DNA of 64,000 nt from Octopus vulgaris (taxonomy: Eukaryota), in contig OX597828.1 of assembly GCA_951406725.2 (NCBI GenBank), forward strand, positions 14,198,001-14,262,000. Direction: 5' to 3'. Below, one piece after another: positions 38,013-52,900 of this stretch. Numbering within the stretch: position 1 is the first letter of the stretch; every line of letters starts with the position of its first letter. Under the pieces are notes generated by a model. That model had not been told where the DNA came from and ran no database searches. It saw only the letters and a list, made by a program, of their open reading frames with translations. A program made the translations under genes and the position numbers.

Positions 38013-40232
38013 GAGAGAGAAAGAGGAAGAGAGAGTCTGTCATGCTGAAGAATGAGCAAAAGCATTGAGAATCTGCAGATGATATGTAAAACCAGGAATA
38101 AAAATTCCAAAATGGTTAAGTCATATTTATAGCAGAGCTTAACTATCAAGCAGTATGCAGTCATTGTGTAATGATAACTTTAAAACGCATTTCTTGGGAA
38201 CGATAAATATGTATGCAATGCATGTGGGCATAGAGGATGTGGCCACACCATCGAATGTTTGACTTAATTGGAAGAATAGAATTTGTTTTTAATTAATAAA
38301 TTATTCTTAATTAGATAAAATAGAAACACAGATTATTTTCAAGCATGCTGCAAACTCTGTGTCCACCCCCAAACACACACAAAAAGATTGGGGAGAAAAT
38401 GAAAATATGGTGTTATTGGGATTTATTTCATTCACACAATTTAGGAAAATTGGTAGAATTAGTACAAAACTAAAAACCAAATGAGAAACCACACTTTTTT
38501 TTTTTAAACCACCAAATTAAAATGTTTAAGAAATATTCTAAACTAAAGGAAGAGAAGATTGTTACTCTGCATTTATCATGCAAATCATATAACCATTAAA
38601 AAATTTATTAGTTTGGTATTCTTAGAATATGGTAAACTTGATAACATAGTAATTTGGCATTTCTAAATTTTAAATATCATGATATTTTCATCGAATATCA
38701 AATAAAACAAAAGATAGTTCAACTGAAAGCTATCTCTTGCAACATCCCGTTTCTAAAATAAAATTAAAATTTTTTTTTGTTTAAACCATGATTAAAAAAC
38801 TTGTCCAACATTAGCTGATTTGATTGTCAGCAGTGTGGTACAATGGAATACGAACAAACCCAGTCTCTGACATTTTAACAAACTGGCTTAAGTAGTACTT
38901 TAAAAATCATTAATGAAAGAATAGCAGAAAATTTCCATCTCATAAGATTGTTAATTTTACACACCTGGCTGGGGGATCCATATGTGTACTTCATAGAATA
39001 TTTGTTAGAGTCCATGAAGAGAAAAGAAAGCAGCACCAAAAATAAAGAAGCTTTCTTGAACTGTGTTAGCCAACTAATGAGATGGAGAAGAGAATTCAAT
39101 CTCTCTAAGATAGTTCTTTATCATTGTTACAGTTTCCAAAAATAAAGAATAAATCTTTTATCAGGATTATATAAATAAATACCAATCTATTATTGGGAAA
39201 ACTGAGTAACTGATAATTTGATGGGTCCGTTACAAAAGTTTATTTTTAGGTTTTCTCTTTTTAAATTTAGAAACCTTTTTTTGGATAGCTTATCTGTTTT
39301 AGAGAATTCCTACCAATGAATCCCATTGTTTTACTTTTCTTAGATGAAATACAAAATTAAAAATGGGAAAAATTTTCTTTGCAGCAATAATTAAGGTGTG
39401 TATAGTGAAGACATTAGCTTCCAACCACATAGCTTCAGGTTCAGTCCCAGACTGTGACACCTTGGGCAAGTATAGTCTTCTTCCACAACCCTGGGCTGAC
39501 CAAAGCCTTTTTGAGTGGATGTGGAAGTCAGAAACTGAAAGAAGTTCGTCTATATATGAGTCACTGCCACACAAGCAGTATGGTTCTGTGAAAAATATCT
39601 GGCCAAGGGGAAATATCACCTTACTTGGAAACAGGTAAGGGTTAGTGACTGGAAAAGCATCTGACCAAAGAAAATCTGTCTCAATGAATTGTTTCAACTA
39701 TGCAAGCATGGAAAAGTGGACATTAAAACCATACTGACTAAAAACTTTGAAGAATTTCTTTCAGAAACAACTGGGGTACTTCTTGTTTTAAAGATGAAAA
39801 AGATCCATCACCACTAACACCAGCCACCCAAATAAAATACCTCTAATTTGTTTACCACATGGAACAATAGACAAAATAAGGAGACTTACTTCAACTTGGT
39901 ATTTTCCATCTGGAATACTTTGTCCACCAAATTGAATGCTGATGGAGTAGGTTCCAGGAAACTGTGGAGTGAATTGAATACTGAAGGTTTCATCGGGATT
40001 CTCAATGATGTCAATATCAATATCATGACCATTAGAATCACGAATACGGCAGGTAACTTTACCGGTACCGGCCTGTGAAGCATCAACAGTAATGACAGTT
40101 TCCTTTTTGACCATAACAGTTTTCTCTGTACCCTCTGTAAACAAACAGCATAAAACAATTGGGTTATTACTGATCAATAATTATAATAATAGTAATGACT
40201 TATAACAGAAGTACAAGACAGAAGTACATTTT

Positions 40233-40267
<35 letters not shown>

Positions 40268-43200
40268 AGTGGATTTAGTGAACTAATTAACTAATTTAAT
40301 AATTATAATTACTAGTATTACCTGCTGTGCTTGAGGAGACCTATTGAGTCAAGTACATCAACATCAAAATAAATATCAAATGGAAATTGTAGTTTGTGCC
40401 GGTGGCACGTAAAAAGCACCATCCGAACGTGACCGATGCCAGCGCTGCCTTGACTGGCTTCTGTGCCGGTGGCACGTAAAAAGCACCAACCAATTGTGGC
40501 CACTGCCAGTTTCCCCTGGCACCTGTGCCGGTGGTTGGCGTTAGGAAGGGCATCCAGCAGTAGAAACACTGCCGGATCAGACTGGAGCCTGGTACAGCCT
40601 CTTGGCTTCCCAGACCCCGGTCGAACCATCCAACCCGTGCTAGCATGGAAAATGGACATTAAACGATGATGACTAGTATAAATACAATGTAGAGGAGCAT
40701 GGCTTAGTAGTTAGGGTGTAAGACTGGTTTTGATTCCTGGACCAGGTGATGTGTTGTGTTCTTGAGCAAAACTTCATTTTATGCTGTTCCAGCCTACTCA
40801 TCTGGTAAACATAAGTAATCCTACAATGGACTGGAATCCCATCCAGGGAGGAATATATACACCAGAGGAACTGGAAAACCAACCCTATGCTCCTTATGAA
40901 GTAGTGTGGACTAACCAGTATAAATACAAGACCAAACAATTTTAGAGAGAGAGAGAGATGTAGTGGCTTTAACAGACCTCATAATTAACATAGGACATAA
41001 TATATTTAATATAGACTAGCAGTATCGCCCGGCGTTGCTCAGGTTTGTAAGGGAAATAACTATAAAGCATTTTTAGAGAGTTATAGCCAAAAAATAGCAA
41101 AAAAATGGAAAAAAAATTATGGTAAATTTTTTTTTTAAAAAGGTGGAGTTGCGTCCACAAACTGCCGTTTATATAGAGAGAGATACCAGGCAATACATTA
41201 AATGTGCCATCACGATTGTCATGGATGATCGGTTTAACGAACGTGCCGTCTGGTCTCTATTTAAAATAAAGTAAACTCGTTAAATGCACATGGTCATGCT
41301 TTTATTTATTTTTTAAAGATAGTGGTGTTGTGAGATGTAATGGATAATAAATTTTTTTAATCAGAAATTTGCAACACACTAATTTCTTAATAAAAAAAAA
41401 AAATTACTTTAAATTTAAAAAAAAAAGGTGATTATTGGAATGAAAATTTGAAACCCCTGTGAAAGTAACTAACCAATAAATTTTGTTAGAAGAAGCTGTA
41501 TACTCACTTGTAATTTTACATTTGCTGGCATCACCTGTGGGTTTAGAACAAGCCTTGATGGGGCTGGTTGGAATCTCAACGCCACCGAATTTGATTTTGA
41601 TTGTGTAGACACCAAGATCTTCAGGAGTGTAAGTAACATTAAATGTGCCATCACGATTGTCATGGATGATCGGTTTAACGAACGTGCCGTCTGGTCTCTA
41701 TTTAAAATAAAGTAAACTCGTTAAGTATCACAAATTGTGTGTGTGCATGTGTTATGTAAATGAGAAATGTTTTATTTATTTTTATTTTAAGAATTAGTAT
41801 TTATTTCATTTTGTATAAACAAAGAAATTTGATAAATTTAAATTATTGTATTATTGGAATGAAAATTTGAAACCCCTGTGAAAGTAACTCCAATACAATA
41901 ATAGCATAAATGTTGGCTGGTTGATTGATTTCTCCAGCTACACTTTACATCATGTAGAGGATGGGGAGAGGATAAAAGACAGATACAGAGAGTTAAGAGA
42001 TGTGGGATGAGTGCAAATACTAAGCTTGGTGGCAGATAATGAGTGAAGGAATGTTTTACACACAATGAAAGGAAGAAAAGGAGAGGATATAAATGATAGA
42101 AATAATGGGAGGTGTTATGTAAATGAGAAATGTTTTATTTATTTTTATTTTAAGAATTAGTATTTATTTCATTTTGTATAAACAAAGAAATTTGATAAAT
42201 TTAAATTATTGTATGTATGTTATATTTCCTGAAATTATCCCTAGTGGAAAAATACTTACAAAATTACCTGTCACGTGACTAATAACACTAATTAAAATAT
42301 ATTTACCTGAATTGACACTTCTAAGTCTGCAATTCCTGCCTCAGTGGTATCGATGCAGAATGACACAGGAAGACTAGCAGGGACATCATTCACCCCAGGA
42401 CCATAAACACGAACTTTAGTTGGATCAAAACCTGGTTTAACAGGCATATTAAATGGACTGGAAAATAACAACAACAATTGAAAGTGGAAATAGTGAAAAC
42501 ATACATTTGTTTTATGGAGATTAATCTTAATCATAAGCACAAAAAAAAAAGGCGATAATTATTGATTTTGAATATGGGCAAAAGGTCATTTTTTAAAAAA
42601 ATTTTTAACAGGGGCATAGTCAGTTATAATTGACTTGGTACTTTCCTTAATGTGAGGATGATAATGACAATGGTTAGGAGCTGGATTTGCAGTTATAAGG
42701 CTGTAGGTTCAATTCCAGGACTGGGCGGTACTTTGGGTTCATGAGCAGGGCATTTCATGTTACTCCAGCCCATGGCTGCATCATTATCATTCTCCAGTGT
42801 TTTCTTAGGAATGGTTTCTATGGCTAAATGCCATCCCTAACACCAACAAAGTTACTGGGTGCTATTTTCAATGATACCAGCACTACTGAGGTCTCCCTGC
42901 AGCTTGCGGGACTACAAGCTTCAAGAGAGGTGACTGTGTAATTAGCCTTGAAAACACCTTCTTCAATAGGATGAGAATGACAGGGTGGACCTGGAAAGAA
43001 GAATATTTAATAAACTATATGTTTATTGTTACTAATTAGTAATAAAAGAAATTGCTCTTTTACACACACGTACACAACTTTACAATCACATTTCATGGAC
43101 CTTCTTCAGGTACTGTGTAATTAGCCTTGAAAACACCTTCTTCAATAGGATGAACATCAGCTGGCCTCTTACCTAGATATAGAGAATTTACACTTTGATA

Positions 43201-46200
43201 AAAAAACCTGTATTGCTCTTTTACACACACGTACACAACTTTACAATCACATTTCTATGCTAGGGTTGGATGAGTACTTGATACCCTTCCTGATGCCAAC
43301 CCATAGCTGGTTTTCATGTAAGCTACTTAATTTCATTGGTCTTTGCACATCAAACCAATGAGCGCTAGACATATTGCTTATGTGAAAAACCTCATCACTG
43401 CTTCCAATGGTACCAGTGCAAAGACATTTGCAGACAAACACTTGCACATACAACACTTCTATATAAGTGCTGTCAACCAATTTTCACTCACAAGGAATTG
43501 GTCAACCAGAAGTTATAGAAGATACATGCTCATTATGCATGAACCTGTGTATATAAGGTTGACTCAAGAGAATATTAGCTATTCAAGTTGATAGCTGAAA
43601 TATTTTTTTAGCATTGAACTATGGTACTGGCAAACGCCTCTCTCAAAGTTTCCAATATAACAAATTAAGAACCATGTAGAGACAAAGCCTGCCACCAAAT
43701 AACAGATTTAATTTATTTTTTCCCCTTCTTCCTGCCAGCAGAATTGAACTTGCCACTGTTAGCTACACCTCTGCTAAGTGGGAGAAAGATCAATCTCCCT
43801 CTGATCCAACATTATGGTAACAGGGGGTAGGCATTGGTTGTACAATACATTGAGATTCAGAGAAGGGTTCTCTTGTCATTCTTTAATAGGACAGAATGAA
43901 AGATGAAATTTTTTAAAAATGAAAGAAAGGAAAACGAAAGAGCAAGGGAGGGAGGGAGAGAGACAGAGAAGGAAAGAGACAGAGAGGCTAAAACAAGAGT
44001 AGGAGTGAAGGAAAAAATTGAAAAAGAAAGAGCAGAAAAGGTATGAAAAGGAAGTTTTACCAAATTTGTCAGTGACAGTAACTTCAAGTGGAGCATCTCC
44101 GGCTTCTTTAGTATCAATGGTGAAGGATGTTGGTTCCTTGGGTTTGACTCCTTTAGCAGTATCAACACCAGGACCTTGGCATTTAACTTTGCTAGGATCA
44201 ACTGGAGTCTCAACTGGGACATGGAATGGACTTCCTGAAAGACAAAAATGTTGGAAAAAAAAGTTGAGAAATGATCCAAGGATTCTTTAGTACAAGGGAA
44301 TTATTTATTGCATATGGTTTAAGATGAGGAATAGAACTTTATCACCACTAACTCCTGATGAAGGAACCTCTATATCAGTAGTTTTCAGCCATCTTTTGCC
44401 TAAAGACTGATTTCTATTTTATTCTACTGGATCTTCCTATAACCATTCAATGTTTAAAAAAGTTCCATTATATTTTTATATCATCATCATCATTTAGTGT
44501 GTGCTTTCCATGTTGGCATGGGTTAGATAGTTTGACTGGAACTAGTAAGTTGGAGAGCTGCACTAAGTTCCAGTTTAATTTAGCATGGTTTCTATGGCTG
44601 GATGCCCTTCCTAATGCCAACCACTCCAAGAGTGTAATGGATACCTTTTACATGCCAGTTTCATGACACAGGCCATGCCAACTTGATGTGAAATAATTGC
44701 ACTACAAAATGTTTGAAATATTTTGTCTATCGTAGACCAGGTTGTGTGTTGTGTTCTTGAGCAAGACACTTTATTTCTCATTGCCCCAGTTCACTCAGCT
44801 GTAGAAATGAGTCAAGACGTTACTGGTGCCAAGCTGTATTGGCCTTTGCCATTCCTTTGGATAATATTGGTGGCATGAAGAGGGGAGGCTAGTATGCATG
44901 GATGACTGCAGGTCTTCCATAAAACAACTTTGCCAGGACTTGTGCCTTGGAGGGGAACTTTCTAAGTGCAATTCCATGGTCATTCATGACCAAAGGGAGT
45001 CTTTATGTCTAGTAATATAAATATAGTAATTTTAAAATACTATTTACTTGGCTTTCATAATCAGCCTTAAAAAAAAAAAAATGGAAAAAAACCCCAACAA
45101 AACTTAAAGCCATGGTTTAATTGTAGAATTTCAATCAAACTTACCAGGAATATGTTTATCACCATATTTCACACCAATATCATAAGGTCCAGATTTAAGA
45201 GGCATGTATTCGACTTGGCATGTTCCATCATTATTGTCCTTGCAGGTCATCTTAGCTTCGACAGGTCCATCAATGGAGAGACCAAGGTTACCGTGGCCAG
45301 CTCCACGACTGTCCACAGTGAACACATTGGGTTTATTAGTAATACCACGTTCAAGACCTGGAAACAAAATGCATTCGATAAGTTTGTATGTCAAGCAATT
45401 TTTGTGTGATTTATGATCCTATAAACCAGGCATGTCACACTGAAAAGTCTCTAAGGGCCACATTGCTTACATGTTGCCATGTGGGCCGCATATTTTTGAA
45501 CAAGTGTTTACAAAGATTTCCATCGTATCAATTCATCATTATGTAAAATCATTTAAAATCTTTTATTTGCTCATCAATATTCCTATATTCATTAACTAAA
45601 TTATTAATTATTTTTATTATCAAAAATTGGTGGGGATTTCTCATTTTTAAACCTCTAGCAACACCGTTCACAGGCTGCACTTGTGTTTGAAAAGGTCACA
45701 TGCAGCCCATGGGGTCACATGTTTGATATGCCTGCTATAAATGACAATGCTCAAATTTTTGCTTATTTAAAGCATTATAACAGCAGAGGTAGACAAGAAG
45801 AGCAGGTATGGTTGTGTGGTAACATGGTTCCAGGTTCATTCCCACTGTGTGGCACCTTGGGCAAGTGTCTACTATAACCTCGGGCTGACCAAAGCCTTGT
45901 GAGTGGATCTGGTTGACAGAAACTGACAGAAGCCCATCATGTATATACAGGTGTGTGTGTGTGTGTCCCATCACTGCTTGATAACTGGTGTTAGTTTGTT
46001 TACATCCCCATAAGTACTAGGCTTTAAAAAAATAAGTCGATTCGTTCATGCTCCAGCATGGCCACAGTCAAATGAAAAACGAGTAAAAGAATAAAAGAAA
46101 AAGAATAAAAATTGCAAGCATGGTTGAGTGGGTAAGAAGTTCACTTTTCAACCACATAATTTGGGGTTCAGTCCCATTGTGCAGCACCTTGGCAAGTGCT

Positions 46201-49200
46201 TTCTATGACATTGGGCTTACCAATGAATTTATTTCCCAGTCATTTAGCCCTTCAGCAAAAGAGACTGACAGATGGTAATGTTTGTCGACATTCCCTGTCA
46301 AAAAGGTATTTGTTCTTTAGCTCTGTTCTCTCAAAGTGGAATAAAAAATTTTTTTAATTACTATTTTGTAAAACATGTCTTGGTTAGTGACACAAGGAGC
46401 ATCAGGCAGTAAAACAATACTGCTTCAATATGTATTCATCTAACTCTTGCTAGGATGGAAAATCAGATGTAAAAATGGAAGAATGAACAGACACACAATC
46501 ATTGAATAAATCTTACCTGGGCCGTAAGCTTTGACTTTAGAAGGATCACAACCAGGAACAGCAGTTGTTTTGAAAGGACTGCCAGGAATTGGCATATTTT
46601 CATAAGAAATGTCAACAGCATAAGGACCTAAAATAATAGTAAAAGAAAAAACAAAAATTGTAGATTTAACAACATTCCAGATAAGAAATACTATTAAAGT
46701 GTTCATACTTCTGAGAATTATTATAATTATGATATTAATGGTTCTCAGAGTGATTGGCATTAGGAAAGGCATCCAGCTGTAGAAACTGCCATATCAGATT
46801 GGAGCCTGGTGCAGCCATCTGATTCGCCAGACCTCAGTCAAATCATCCAACCCATGCTAGCATGGAAAGCGGACGTTAAACAATGATGATGATGGCATTC
46901 TCTATCTTCAGATGCTATCCCTTTCTAAGGGGCGTATGTGTGTGTGTGTATGCACATACACAACCTAGTAGTTAGGGTGCTGTACACAAAATCAATAGAG
47001 TGGGGTTTCAATTTCCAAAACTGGGGAGTGCAATCTGTTCTTGAGCAAAACACTTTATTTTACATTACTCTGTGATCACTGACACCTGGTGTGTGGCACC
47101 TGTACATGTAATGCTGATTTGATGGAGGGAGTGAACTAATGTAAAGCATAAACATTTGATCACTATAAGCATATCACCTGTGTAGGTTGTTCAACAAGAA
47201 GTTGCAGAACTGTCATTTGACAGGAGAATCCACCCTAAGTGTACGTCGTCATTTAATGCCTGTTCACAGACTTGGCATATGTTGGATAGTATGACTGGAG
47301 CTGATAAGGCTGGGTGCCATACTAGGCACAATTGTCTGTTCTGGCATGGTTTCCTATTTCTTTATTGCCCACAAGGGGCTAAACAGAGGGGACAAACAAG
47401 GACAGTTACAGTGTGTAACTGGTACTTCATTTTAGTGATGCCAAAAGGATGAAAGGCAAAGTCGACCTCGGCGTAATTTGAACTCAGAACATAACAGCAG
47501 ACAAACTACCACTAAGCATTTCGCCCAGCGTGCTAACGTTTCTGCCAGCTCGACGCCTTTTCCTTGGTTGGATGCCCTTCCTAATGCCAATGACTCCACA
47601 AGTGTACTGGGTGTTTTTTATGTGGTATCAGCATGCGTAGGTACATATTCATACTTAGTGTATAAATGAACTGGTACGTCTTAATTTTTAAGAACAGTTG
47701 AAACGATTATCTACTTCCCCACAGGCCTGAAATTTGGGGAAGAAATAGTTGATTACATTGACTCCAGTACTCAACAAGTACTTATTTTAATGACCCTGAA
47801 TGGATGAAAGGCCAAGTCAACTTCAGCAGAATTTGAACTCAGAATGTAAAGATGTAAAGAGTACGTAAATAACAAACATCGTACAAACAATTGCTGACTT
47901 AAGGGAAGTCAGAACAAGCTGATGTTAAAGCATTCACTTATAGAAACAATCAAATTTTAGGATTGATATTGTAAAATCAACAATTTCAAAATTTTTGTTC
48001 AGAATATTTTGGTAGAGTTGATCAAACAAAATGCAATTTACCTTGTTCAATTGGCATGTAAGAGCCAGTGTAAATACCATTCTTCTTGTTGTCAATTGGC
48101 AGCTCAGCTTTGGCTCCAGATGGACTTGTGACAACAGCACGTACTTTACCATCACCATTCGTTGTAACAGGAGTAGCGTCAACAGTGAAGTTGGCTGGGG
48201 CATCCAAAAAGACACCTGCACAAAAAAAAAAAAAAGATTACATGAGAATATTGAAGAATAAATTCTGATAGTGATTAGTATTGTCATGGAAAAAAAATGG
48301 CAGCAGTTTGAGGAAGTGGGAAAAATTGGTTTTAAATAACCATAACATTTAGGAAGGTCTTTTAATAAATATAAAGATGTAAGATTATTAGCTACGTAAT
48401 TTTATACATTGGCCATTATTTCTCATGAGAAAATACAATTAGAGATCTAAACAGGAAAATGAAATATGATAGTACAAATGAACCCAAATTCTTTTGCAAT
48501 TTAATAGAACCAATTAACGAAAAAAATTTAAATCAAATCTAAATTTCAAAATTAAGAGTTCCTGGAAATTATTTAGGGAGTTAAAAAAAAATTAAAAAGC
48601 AATCAAAACAAGAAACAATATTGAAAAGTAAAATATAAAATTCTAGAACTTCAATAGAAATAAAGTTAAAAACTGAACGCCAAAAGTTGTAGTGCAAGCA
48701 TCAGTCAAAAACTAAAAGACCATAGCTACAAAATATGGTCAAGTGAGAAACTATATCTCCAAGCTGTTTTACTTCAGGTAATTAAGACTGCATGCTCATT
48801 TGAAACCAATACAGTGATTCTCAACTTTCATTATTTATTCCACCCAATGGCTTGAGGTAGTCCACCATCTACCATGTAATCTCACAGTAAAAATATACAC
48901 TAAATAATAGCATGTGCATATGTGTATATATACATATCTCTCTCCTTGTTTTTTCTGTGTACCTTTCTGTAGAAGAGCGTAGGCTCAAAACGCAAAAGAC
49001 TTTTTCTATTCCTGAGCGTTATACTAATATATCTGTTTGTTTTGTACACCACCTGTCTTCATCTTTTGTTTTTTTTCGTAAACTTTCCATATATATATAT
49101 ATATATATATATATGAGATTCAGATGAATTAGGTACTTAAGTTGAAGCACCAGATCAGTGCAGTATGATCTGTACAACTCAAAGAAGGTAAATAAAATCA

Positions 49201-49806
49201 AAATAAGCAACAGGATATCAAGGTGATGCAGCATGACCGTTTCAAGCAACTCCATTTAATTGAACAATACAATCATTACATCAATTTAAATGCAGGTTTA
49301 TCCTCAGCTGCATAAAGACTAATAAATTAAAAATGAACCCCAACAAACTTCATACAATTCTTAGAAGTGTAGTATATTCTTAGCTACATTAGAGGCAATA
49401 TGGACTCTTTCCATCTTCTTCCTCTATTAGAGCACTTGAGTAAAATTATATTAATGTGTTCAACTGATTAAAAATTCTATTTATTTATTTATGCAGTTGA
49501 GGATAGTTCTGCATTTATATTGATATAATGATTGCATTGTTCAATTAAATGGAACCACTCGAAACAGTTGTGGTGCATCACCTCTTGATATCTCGTTGCT
49601 TATTTTGATTATATATAAAATGTATATGTATGTATGTCACAGTTTTACAGGTTTTTGTTACACACCCTGAACCATTATGCAATATATGTACAGCCCCTTT
49701 CATTAGTGCTGTTACAGAATATATATATATATATATATAACATCTCTTTATACCTATCATTTTATTTTATTTATATATATAAAACATCTCTTTATACCTA
49801 TCATTT

Positions 49807-49859
<53 letters not shown>

Positions 49860-49873
49860 CTCTTTATACCTAT

Positions 49874-49904
<31 letters not shown>

Positions 49905-52900
49905 AATGGTATCATAGTTTCATCTGCTGTTATGTAATGTTTATAGATATACATATGCCCATTCTCAGGAGAAAGGTAATATTTAAAATATTTTTGAGTA
50001 ATCTCTATATTAGAAAACAATTTATGATCAACTATGATAGTTATTCCTTGCCATATAAATTTTTACTGCTGAGGAGTAAATTCACCCCTAGTTGAGAATC
50101 ACTGCTCTAATAAATCTGAAACAAGTTTATAATAACTGTGTGAGTATAGATTTAAAAACGTGTGTGTGTGTGTGTGTGAAAGATTATAAATTTGTCTTTT
50201 ACATCACAACTGGATAATATGTTGATAGTATTCTCGGTCCTTATTAACAAGTGTCTTTATCAATTTCAAACGTTAACTAAAAATGTTCTTTTCATTTTAA
50301 CTCATTTCACAATAATATATCCAAACAACAAGTTTCAATAACTCCATTAGTTGTAATTGCATCCCCTTATATAAATTATTTTCATTAAACCTTTGTCCGT
50401 TCTGTATATTATTACACAGTGATGCACAGGACATATTCCCCTGGTGTCCTCACAACATATGATACACCATCCCAATTTTTCAATTGTTAGAGTAACTTAG
50501 GACTTATGAAAGTAAAGCATTATGTTACTCAGAAAATACGAAACAAGGGCTTGGCTTAACTAAAAATTTGAAAACGAGCATGGTCATTTTGAGGGCCATA
50601 TTTAATTAATTATAACTTCTGCTTTATTTCATTCAAAATATATCCATTGTGACAATGTTGCCATCTTTAAGATGTAGAAAGAATATTTGTTTTCTTTTTT
50701 GGGGATTTAAGGATCTAAAATGTCCACCTAATGCTTTCCTTTCTAAAAAGGACTATATATCAGTTTTATTCTCTTAAGTTTCTCAACCTGTCCTGATGTT
50801 TCCTTTTCTAAGCAGTTTTTATGGGTCATTTCAATATATTTTGCACAGTAATGTAATTAAAACAAATGATGAAATGAGCGTTGCTGTGAGCCTTATGGTA
50901 ACTTTACCAACTCAACTATAACACCTGTATCCAAATCTTAGTATACTAACAGTATTGTTTCTGACCAAACCGTAACAACTGGACAAAGTCTGCTCAACTA
51001 ATGAAAGTACCAGATAAGTGATTAGCATTAAAAAGAAAACTGGAAAATAAGCCAAAATTAAATTAAAACAAAAAATTAGAACATCTTTCCAACTGAGTCA
51101 AAGTCAAATTATGAAGGAAAAAAAAAAGAAAAAAAAAAACCTCAGCCATGCTAGAATAGACAAAAATGTCAAAAATAATGTTAAATAAATGAATAAATGG
51201 AGTGAATATGTTCTGCAGCAGCAAAGATATGAATTAAATGAAACCTAGGAACATTGAGCTTTAATCACTAAGAGATTTCGAGTCTTTGGTTATATGATGA
51301 AGAACATTCAGCTGTTTGATCAACTGAGCTACCAACTCATTAAGATAATGTGCAAGTGGTTGAGTATTCCACAGACATATACACTTATACTGATTTAGCC
51401 TGAAAATTTTATTGAGAGATAGGCAAAGCTGAATCTGGATTTTACAGCTACATCTTATTCAGTGGGTTTCTAAACGGTTCCTTTCCACGCAATTTAATTC
51501 ACAAGACTTTGGGTGACTCGAGGCTATCTTCTAGGATATCGCACAATAGAATCAGTCCCTGAAGTTCACGAGCACAAAGCAAACCTTTTTAACCAAGTGT
51601 GCAATGCTGTGTCCTTTGGTCCGGTATTTACCAATCTAAAAGCACAACAGTCAAATCAAGGACATTTCTGTAAATCTTTATCATAATGTCAGCCTATACT
51701 TTACCCATACTGGAGTACAACCAATTACAATTTGAAAATTGTGGAGATCAGTTCAAACAACTGTGTTACAAGTCTAAGTATACAAAAAACATACACTACG
51801 AATTACAAAACTGAAGTGCATGTCTATATTATTAATCAACAAGCTCATGTAGCATTCAATGCACAGTATTGATGTCCATATCTAATTCAGAAATGGTGTA
51901 GGATGTACAGTGGTAATGAATCAAGTAAGTGGAATCAAGACCAAATACTTCTGACAATCCTAAAGTTTGGGACATGGCTGAGCTATCAGCCCACAATTTT
52001 ATGATAGAAAAAAAAAAAAAAAAAAAAAAAGGGTCAATTGGTTCAAAATTAAAATTTTGCCTGTTGAGAATTAGATTTTTTTTACTTCTGTTAATACAGA
52101 ACTTCATATAATATGCTAATCTTTTTCTAACCTCATAAAACAAAAAGACATCATCAGAACAGAAGACAAAATAGATTTCATGTCCAAAGAGGTTAACTTT
52201 TATCTTGGTCCTTTCAAATGGAGGTCCTTCGATTCTATGTATGTATGCATAAAATTTATACCCAGAAAACTTTAGGAGCAAGACCAGGTTTAAGACTGAG
52301 TGTCAGACTATTCCAGAGTATATAAATTCTGGCACTGTAACAGCTTACAATTTAGGCAGTTAACTGCTCAATATTACTACCAAAAAAACACTTTTTTTTA
52401 AATTTGTGCAAAGAATTAAAAAAAAAATGAAAATTATCCTTCCAGAAGAGCCAGAGAGAAGAAAGAGAAGTTGAAAAGTTCACATATCAAAATATAAACA
52501 TAGAACTGCTGTAATGACACTGATGATGCTGCATCAAAGAGGCTGAAACCAATAAAAGAAATTCATTAAGATTTGCAACACAAAGCAGACTTTACATGCA
52601 AAATGCTGAAACTATCTTTGTTAATATGCCAACATAAGCATCAGTATTGTCTTTTCATTTTGAATACTGCTGAGAAAATGGATTATTTTGGGTTTTTTTT
52701 GAATGAATTTAAGCCACACATCGGCTAGATCACACCATGCAGTTTGCATCAGTTTACCGGTCTTCTCAACTCCTGGTCCATAAGCCTTGATGCCTCCGAC
52801 ATCGAGAGTTGCGGGTTGAATCTTAGCCTTAAATGGTGATCCAGGAATTGGAGCGTTATCATAGATGACATTCACTTTGTAGTCTCCTGGCACAGTTGGG

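Larger units (their letters stand above)
41195..43255. repeat. Cluster of five perfect short dispersed duplications
   Basis: 41195-41283=41636-41724; 41431-41470=41850-41889; 41749-41851=42112-42214; 42933-42974=43112-43153; 43051-43094=43212-43255. Confidence 0.9.

Noticed and set aside
42875-42990. Apparent exon after ctttccag containing [14 protein letters not shown]
   Set aside because: Only the 42-bp duplicated patch is filamin-like; the flanks are repeat-derived and the frame runs into a stop
43093-43095. In-frame TGA read as selenocysteine or read-through
   Set aside because: A TAA follows 11 codons later and the downstream sequence is a duplicate of intron DNA
49738-49880. Three spaced direct repeats resembling a CRISPR array
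   Set aside because: Eukaryotic intron, spacers are (TA)n, no cas genes; a slippage minisatellite
50908-50924. 17-nt microexon-like unit (GVIVEL)
   Set aside because: Weak pyrimidine tract and frameshifting; no partner exon
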